Below, piece after piece: positions 61,860-64,000 of a stretch of 64,000 nt of DNA; the first letter of the stretch is position 1, and each line of letters opens with the position of its first letter. This stretch comes from Bythopirellula sp. (GTDB lineage: Bacteria; Planctomycetota; Planctomycetia; Pirellulales; Lacipirellulaceae). The stretch lies in contig OZ244170.1 of NCBI GenBank assembly GCA_965216565.1, positions 3,008,001 through 3,072,000 on the forward strand. Reading direction: 5' to 3'. A model generated the notes under the pieces. That model did no database searches. It was not told where the DNA came from and worked only from the letters and a program-made list of their open reading frames with translations. The position numbers were made by a program, and so were the translations under genes.

Positions 61860-62145
61860 GGCTTGCTAGTGGATCTGGAATAGTAGGGCGTAGTTGATTG
61901 AGGCGGTAGTATATGAGACTCACATTCGACGTAACATATCAGAATCCTCGTGAGAAAAAGCACTAGATAGCATCTCCATAATGCTATCCCCTAACGGATT
62001 CGTCAGACGCCGAGGCTAATCTGCACAGGGTTCATCGGCCGAGGTACCTAAACGAGTCCCACAATCAAAGTACCCATGCCATCGGAGCAATTAGTGTCTG
62101 AGACTATCTAAGCTGGTGAAAGCTCCAACAATCTGAACCGAACAA

Positions 62146-63498
62146 TCACATCACCAGCTTCGATAGCAGCGCGGTCGCAATACTCAGCACCAAGAAGAAG
62201 CCGAGCATGTCGGTGAGCGTGGTAAGAATTGGCCCGGAGGCCAAGGCTGGATCGATGCCTCGCTTTTTTAGCAACAACGGCAATGTTCCGCCAATCATCA
62301 CGGCCACCAGCGTGTTGAGCGCGAGCGCACCGCCCACCACGACGCCCAACCAAACATTCTCGGTGAAAAACCACGCGACGCCGCCCAAGAGTCCGCCGAG
62401 CGCCACGCCGTTCAATAGTCCCACCATTGCCTCTTTAAACCAGACGCGTAACAGTTCATGCGGTCGAATCAGTCCCAGCGAAAGCTCGCGCATACTCACC
62501 GCTACCGATTGACTGCCGCTGCAACCGCTCATGTCGGAAATGATCGGCAAGAATACTGCCAAGGCGATCACCTGCGACAGCGTCTCTTGATAGCCGGCGA
62601 TTACGCTCGCGGCAATCATGTTGAGTACGATATTGATCGAAAGCCAAGACAATCGCAGACGCGATCTTCGCAGGGTGGGCATCGATCGGAATTCTTCTTC
62701 CACCACACCCATCGAACGCCGAAAATCTCTCTCGGCATGGGTCTGCCAAGCGATGTCGACCGCCTCGCGACTCACGACGCCCACCAACCGACCCTCTTCG
62801 TCGGTGACCGGCACACCCAAGAAAGCGTTCCCACGAAATATCTGATCGACCTCCATCAGTGTAGCATCCGCACTAATGGAGAGTGGCTCCGGGATCATGA
62901 TGTCTGAGACCAACGTGGAGGACTCGGCAAGCAATAGGTCGCGCAGCCGTAAAACGCCCACCAACTTTTTCTGACGATCCGTGACATAGGCATATTGAAC
63001 GTCGAGTGATCGCAGTCGGTCTGCGTCGGCTCGCAGCAATTCAATGACCCGGCCAACTTGAGCTTGGCTACGAACCGCGAACAGTTCCAGGGCCATCAGG
63101 CCCCCGGCGGAATCCTCGGGATACGCAGAAAGCTGACGGAGCAACGTTGCTTCGGAGGGTTTCATCGCCCCCAGCACCGCCTCGGCTTCGTCCTCGTCCA
63201 GCGAACCGACCACATCGGCCTGATCGTCGCTGGGCATCTCTTGCAGAATGGCTGCCGCAATGGCGGGGTCCAAATGCCCGACCGCCTCCACCGCCTCGAC
63301 GTCCGGCATGTCATCTAGCACATCGGCGGCCAGGGCCGGGTCGAGTGTCGAGAGCATCGCCGACTGGTTTTGGTCGGACAGATCGCAAAACTCGCGTGCC
63401 GTCTCGTGGGCATCAAGTTGTTCCAGATACTTCTCAATGCGCTCGGCATCGCCCTCTTGGATCACATCGCGGAGGGTTTCGTTGGCTTGCGGTTCCAT
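62146..63498 (-). CDS. mgtE: Magnesium transporter MgtE
   Basis: MgtE-N, YPEDSAGGLM plus CBS pair, RLSWL, LP.I..M.G..GSQ, IDPALASGP..TT..D; ATG at 63498. Confidence 0.93.
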   Translation of the reverse strand: MEPQANETLRDVIQEGDAERIEKYLEQLDAHETAREFCDLSDQNQSAMLSTLDPALAADVLDDMPDVEAVEAVGHLDPAIAAAILQEMPSDDQADVVGSLDEDEAEAVLGAMKPSEATLLRQLSAYPEDSAGGLMALELFAVRSQAQVGRVIELLRADADRLRSLDVQYAYVTDRQKKLVGVLRLRDLLLAESSTLVSDIMIPEPLSISADATLMEVDQIFRGNAFLGVPVTDEEGRLVGVVSREAVDIAWQTHAERDFRRSMGVVEEEFRSMPTLRRSRLRLSWLSINIVLNMIAASVIAGYQETLSQVIALAVFLPIISDMSGCSGSQSVAVSMRELSLGLIRPHELLRVWFKEAMVGLLNGVALGGLLGGVAWFFTENVWLGVVVGGALALNTLVAVMIGGTLPLLLKKRGIDPALASGPILTTLTDMLGFFLVLSIATALLSKLVM

Positions 63499-63606
63499 GA
63501 TCGTGGAAATCAGGCGTTGGGAGCGAGGCGTCAAACGCGAAAAGCGAAACGCTCAGCTCTAGTCTCTAAACTCTTAGCTCTCAGCTCTTGACTCTAAGCT
63601 CTTGGC

Positions 63607-64000
63607 TCAGTCTTTGCCCACGTGCTCTACCAGCGGCCAGTACTCTTGGAAGTCGAAATCGGGGCTGTTGTCGGTATCGTGGCATTCGACACATCTCTGT
63701 ACAACCTTGGCATTCTTAAAGACCTGGCCGTCTTTGTTGCCTTCGTTCTCGACAATCTTCAGCCGCATCGCCGCGCGGAGTTGCTCTTGCTCGGCTTCGG
63801 TGACGTCCGTTTCGCCGAGTTCCGCATCGACGTGAGCCTTGCCTGGGCCGTGGCAGTTTTCGCAGCCGTTGGCCGTCAGATGTGGTGTCGACTCCAGACC
63901 GAGGAAGCCGGACGCATAGGGAAAGTACTTCTGCGGATTCCAGCCCGTGGCGTGACAGCTCAAACATTCCGGATCGAAATGGCGCTGTGGATCGAGCTTC
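63607..64000 (-). CDS. C-terminal part of a multiheme cytochrome c (c554-like); 5' end outside the window
   Basis: Three CxxCH motifs visible: CLSCH, CENCHGPG, CVECH, then NSPDFDF..YW..V.H. Confidence 0.85.
   Translation of the reverse strand, partial: KLDPQRHFDPECLSCHATGWNPQKYFPYASGFLGLESTPHLTANGCENCHGPGKAHVDAELGETDVTEAEQEQLRAAMRLKIVENEGNKDGQVFKNAKVVQRCVECHDTDNSPDFDFQEYWPLVEHVGKD

Noticed and set aside
60795..62145. Target-site duplication around the second PEP-CTERM-like gene
   Set aside because: No duplicated yebC, PEMT or mgtE 3' end found by eye; only a 15/16-bp inverted repeat at 62104-62166.

Overview
A 64 kb chromosomal window from a Planctomycete, probably Pirellulales/Lacipirellulaceae-like (inferred from PEP-CTERM proteins, ECF sigma/anti-sigma pairs, Lys-rich histone-like proteins and typical intergenic palindromes). 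It is mostly housekeeping: mlaEFD, clpC, thiE, manC, ruvX, mrp, lpxB, metK, ispF-cysS-ruvC-ruvA...ruvB, rpmF-fabD-fabG-acpP-fabF, nusA-infB-rbfA, yebC and mgtE. No rRNA, tRNA, CRISPR array, transposase or phage gene was recognised. The best candidate for an undescribed system is a tightly coupled minus-strand operon at 38335-42708. It encodes a tetraether-synthase (Tes/GDGT-MAS, MJ0619)-like radical SAM enzyme, a variant Lgt-family diacylglyceryl transferase, and three small membrane proteins that share an A-[FY]-x-[TA]-F-x-x-x-C motif at the end of a hydrophobic helix, suggesting a dedicated protein-lipidation or lipid-crosslinking pathway. Other observations: a FabF paralogue with substituted catalytic residues; a PEP-CTERM gene flanked by a duplicated sigma-factor 3' end; a PEP-CTERM-like protein resembling the planctomycete flagellin variable domain; a CysRS with a duplicated C-terminal module; a candidate small RNA; a structured metK leader; and several families of nested REP/MITE-like repeats. 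All functional calls are by eye from motifs; no database search was run.
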